From: Gammaproteobacteria bacterium
GTDB lineage: Bacteria > Pseudomonadota > Gammaproteobacteria > UBA4575
Direction of reading: 5' to 3'
DNA length: 64,000 bases
Assembly: GCA_022824965.1 (NCBI GenBank)
Contig: JAJDYY010000008.1
Coordinates: forward strand, 449,482-513,481
In this document: one piece after another, positions 61,359 through 64,000 of the stretch
How positions within the stretch are numbered: the stretch's first letter is position 1
How the letters are laid out: each line of letters starts with the position of its first letter
Program-made: the position numbers and the translations under genes
The notes under the pieces: generated by a model
Seen by the model: only the letters and a program-made list of their open reading frames with translations
The model's database searches: none
Told to the model about the DNA's origin: nothing

Positions 61359-62936
61359 TTACTCAGTGGGTAAGGTTGCAACTTGCGGGCCCGCAACCTG
61401 TGGAGAATCGTCAATTTGTACGGCACCTGGTTCAGAAGCCGTCCACACACCGCCCAGGGCGCGGTGCAGCGCGAGCCGCATGTAGCCCAGGTCACGTTCT
61501 GCCGCGACCAGCGAGGACCTCATGCTGGTGAGGGTTTCCGAAGCGGCCAGAAAGTCATCGTAATCCCCGACCCCGGACCGGTAGCGCCGCTCCTGGAAGG
61601 CGGCCTCCGCCCGGGCTTCCTTAACGGACGAGTTCAGCAGGGCATGGCGGTGGTAACTGGTCTCCAGCTGGGCCAGCACCGCCTCGACCTCGTTGACCGC
61701 AGTCACCACTGAGTGCTTGTAAGCGGAAACCGCTTCTTTCAGCCGGGTCTCAGCGAGTGTCACATTGTGGCGCAGCCGCTTGCCCTGAAAAACCGGTCCT
61801 ACCAGATTCAGGCTCAGGTTTTTGAACCACTGGTCCGCATCAAACCACTGGTCAGTGTCCGAGCCCTGCAGGCCGATGGAGCCGGACAAGGACAGGGACG
61901 GCAGGAGTTCAGCCCGGCGGGCACCGACGGCATAGCGCGCCGCTTCCATGTGCTGGCGGGCAGCGCCCACATCGGGGCGTTGCGCGAGCAGGTCCGCAGG
62001 AATACCCACCGGAACGTGCTCGAGCGTCATTGACGGGGACAGGGAATCGGGCAACACGCCAGCCAGGTCCGCCCGGTATCCTCCCAGCAACACCCAGAGA
62101 CGTCCCTGTGCATCGGCCAGCTGGCCCCTGACCGCCGGCAGTTCAGCCTGAGAATTCCACAGCTGCAGGCGCGCGGTATAGAGTTCGCGTGCGGTATTCA
62201 GGCCACGGTGATACCGGGCCGTGGTGAGCTTCTCGCGCTCCTTCAGAATTCTCACAATCTCGTCGGACAGCCCGAGTTGCCGTCGCAGCCAGGCGACTTC
62301 GATGTAAGTATGCACGGTTTCCGCAACGACCCCGATACGGGCTGCACGGTGATCCCACTCGGAAGCCAGGTGCCTGGCACGGGCCGCCTGTGCATCATGG
62401 CGGTTGCGGCCCCAGAAGTCGGCCTCATAGGAGAATTCCGTGCTCAAAGAGTACGTGGTCACCGCCAGGCGGTCCGGCACGGAAATGCCAAACTCCTGCT
62501 TGAGTTCCGGGCTCAACCCGATCTCTTCGATCTGCTCACCCACTCCGGCATTGGTCGGTGAATCGGTGTCCTCGGCTGTCACGGATGGCTGCAGCGCAGG
62601 GTACCTGGCCGCATTCGCAATGCGGGCCCGGGCCCGGGCCTGCTCCACACGCGCCACGGCCCCCTCCAGGTCGAAGTTCGACGAAAGCGCGGCTTCCACG
62701 ACCCGATCAAGTACCGGATCGTTGAATGTCTTCCACCACTCCAGCGGTGCATAGGCCTCGGCCACCGCCTCCCCCGTGAATCTCTCGGGCAATGGCGGCA
62801 CGGGCTCCTGCGCCGGCAGGAATGATTTTTGTGAACACGCGGCCATAAGAAATCCGGTGATGACCGGGAGAAGTACCGCGGGTGCACGGTGGCGCCGGTG
62901 TGTAGTCAATCTTCCTGAAACAGTTGCCATTATCAT
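61359..62936 (-). CDS. Outer membrane efflux protein, NodT/TolC family lipoprotein
   Basis: Lipobox-like LMAAC after the signal sequence and the duplicated OEP alpha-helical/beta-barrel repeats. The ORF opens at 63068; the Met at 62936 is the likely start. Confidence 0.8.
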   Translation of the reverse strand: MIMATVSGRLTTHRRHRAPAVLLPVITGFLMAACSQKSFLPAQEPVPPLPERFTGEAVAEAYAPLEWWKTFNDPVLDRVVEAALSSNFDLEGAVARVEQARARARIANAARYPALQPSVTAEDTDSPTNAGVGEQIEEIGLSPELKQEFGISVPDRLAVTTYSLSTEFSYEADFWGRNRHDAQAARARHLASEWDHRAARIGVVAETVHTYIEVAWLRRQLGLSDEIVRILKEREKLTTARYHRGLNTARELYTARLQLWNSQAELPAVRGQLADAQGRLWVLLGGYRADLAGVLPDSLSPSMTLEHVPVGIPADLLAQRPDVGAARQHMEAARYAVGARRAELLPSLSLSGSIGLQGSDTDQWFDADQWFKNLSLNLVGPVFQGKRLRHNVTLAETRLKEAVSAYKHSVVTAVNEVEAVLAQLETSYHRHALLNSSVKEARAEAAFQERRYRSGVGDYDDFLAASETLTSMRSSLVAAERDLGYMRLALHRALGGVWTASEPGAVQIDDSPQVAGPQVATLPTE

Positions 62937-63120
62937 GCAGCCTATCGCACTACGCGTGCGATGCAGAAACTTCTGATCAGCGACCTTCTCATCGAGCCCT
63001 CGTCTGCTCGGGCAGAGATTATCCGTCGCTGCGCCATCATCCATAACAGGCGGTCCGGCCATTCCCACTGCTCAGGTTCAGCCGGTGTGCCTTCCCTTTT
63101 GGCTTATCTCGGGCCAGACG

Positions 63121-63678
63121 TCATGCCTTCCACTTGATGTTGCACCCTACACTGGGTTTCTGTTCGGGATCGATACTTTGACCCGCCAGCAGGGCATCAA
63201 GGGCAAGGCGCAGGCTTTCACCGGTCACAGGGATGTCATTGCCCGGTCGCGAATCGTCCAGCTGACCCCGGTACACGCATCCCAGTGCCTGATCGAAGAC
63301 ATAGAAATCGGGCGTGCAGGCCGCATCGTACAGCCTGGCCACCTGCTGGGTCTCGTCATACAGGTAAGGAAAGGTATATCCGAGGGACGCCGCCAGGGCC
63401 TTCATGTTTTCCGGTGAGTCCTCGGGATACTGGACGGCATCATTGGAACTGACAGCAACCAGCGAGACACCGCGGGCAGGATACTCCTGGCCGAGCCGGA
63501 CCAGTTCGTCCTGGACATGCTTTACGAAGGGGCAATGGTTGCATATGAACATGACCACGGTCGCGATCTCGCCACGCACGTCCGACAGGCACACTTCCTT
63601 CCCGGAAACCGTATCCGGCAGGCAAAATTCCGGCGCCGAGGTGCCCAGGGGCATCATGTTGGAGGGTGTGCGCGCCAT
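63121..63678 (-). CDS. Thioredoxin-fold thiol-disulfide oxidoreductase (AhpC/TSA-redoxin family)
   Basis: CxxC in thioredoxin-fold context (VVMFICNHCPFVKH), 185 aa from the Met at 63678. The ORF opens at 63999 through an implausible leader. Confidence 0.75.
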   Translation of the reverse strand: MARTPSNMMPLGTSAPEFCLPDTVSGKEVCLSDVRGEIATVVMFICNHCPFVKHVQDELVRLGQEYPARGVSLVAVSSNDAVQYPEDSPENMKALAASLGYTFPYLYDETQQVARLYDAACTPDFYVFDQALGCVYRGQLDDSRPGNDIPVTGESLRLALDALLAGQSIDPEQKPSVGCNIKWKA

Positions 63679-63780
63679 GGAATCAGGAATGCATTTCTTA
63701 AATGTACTCGAATTGCGTAGAATAGCGCGATTCAAGGCGCCTGTTAACCGTTGACAGGCCATACCAGACCCAAAGAGGCC

Positions 63781-64000
63781 CATGCCTGCGACACGTGTTT
63801 TCACCTCCGAGTCCGTATCTGAGGGGCATCCGGACAAGATGGCAGACCAGATCTCCGATGCGGTGCTGGATGCCCTTCTCGAACAGGATCCCGGTGCCCG
63901 CGTAGCCTGCGAAACCCTTGTGAAAACCGGCATGGTCGTGCTGGCAGGAGAGATCACCACCTCGGCCCACGCAGACCTCGAGTCCCTCGTGCGGCGCACT
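63781..64000 (+). CDS. metK: S-adenosylmethionine synthetase (5' part; continues beyond the window)
   Basis: The translation [60 protein letters not shown] matches the highly conserved MetK N-terminus. The gene has no stop within the window, so it is absent from the ORF table. Confidence 0.9.

Overview
This 64 kb window is a dense, mostly housekeeping stretch of a proteobacterial (gamma/beta-type) chromosome, roughly 55% GC by eye. There are no tRNA or rRNA genes, no transposases or integrases, and no CRISPR array. Recognisable blocks are listed below in order.

- An H+-pyrophosphatase (hppA).
- The conserved lptD-surA-pdxA-[extra ORF]-rsmA(ksgA)-apaG-apaH envelope cluster.
- A tight folA/thyA/lgt cluster.
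- A DUF255 thioredoxin-domain protein with an overlapping acyltransferase.
- Thiol peroxidase (tpx) and glycine cleavage protein H (gcvH).
- A tungstate-type ABC transporter in the order permease, ATPase, binding protein.
- pepP followed by a tandem ubiH/ubiI pair.
- A ZapB-like gene and zapA, followed by a clear 6S RNA gene that the ORF track cannot show.
- An EVE-domain protein and a highly repetitive Lys/Ala-rich histone H1-like protein with a terminator.
- ilvA, rpiA and rplM-rpsI.
- A redox/stress neighbourhood: a 2Fe-2S ferredoxin, a GlcF-like Fe-S protein, coq7, speD, an OsmC-family protein, a hemerythrin and a Zn-dependent alcohol dehydrogenase.
- trpEGDC and rpe.
- purEK, purC, a stand-alone bioD-like gene and glnK-amtB.
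- A Calvin/glycolytic tkt-gap-pgk-pyk-fba cluster carrying a class I aldolase.
- At the 3' end, a same-strand array: thioredoxin-like protein, outer-membrane factor, membrane fusion protein, RND pump, Rieske non-heme oxygenase, then a 666-aa protein that fuses an N-terminal GOLPH3/GPP34-like domain to a complete cytochrome P450.
- A partial metK.

The RND-pump / Rieske oxygenase / GPP34-P450 array is the strongest candidate for an undescribed system in this window.
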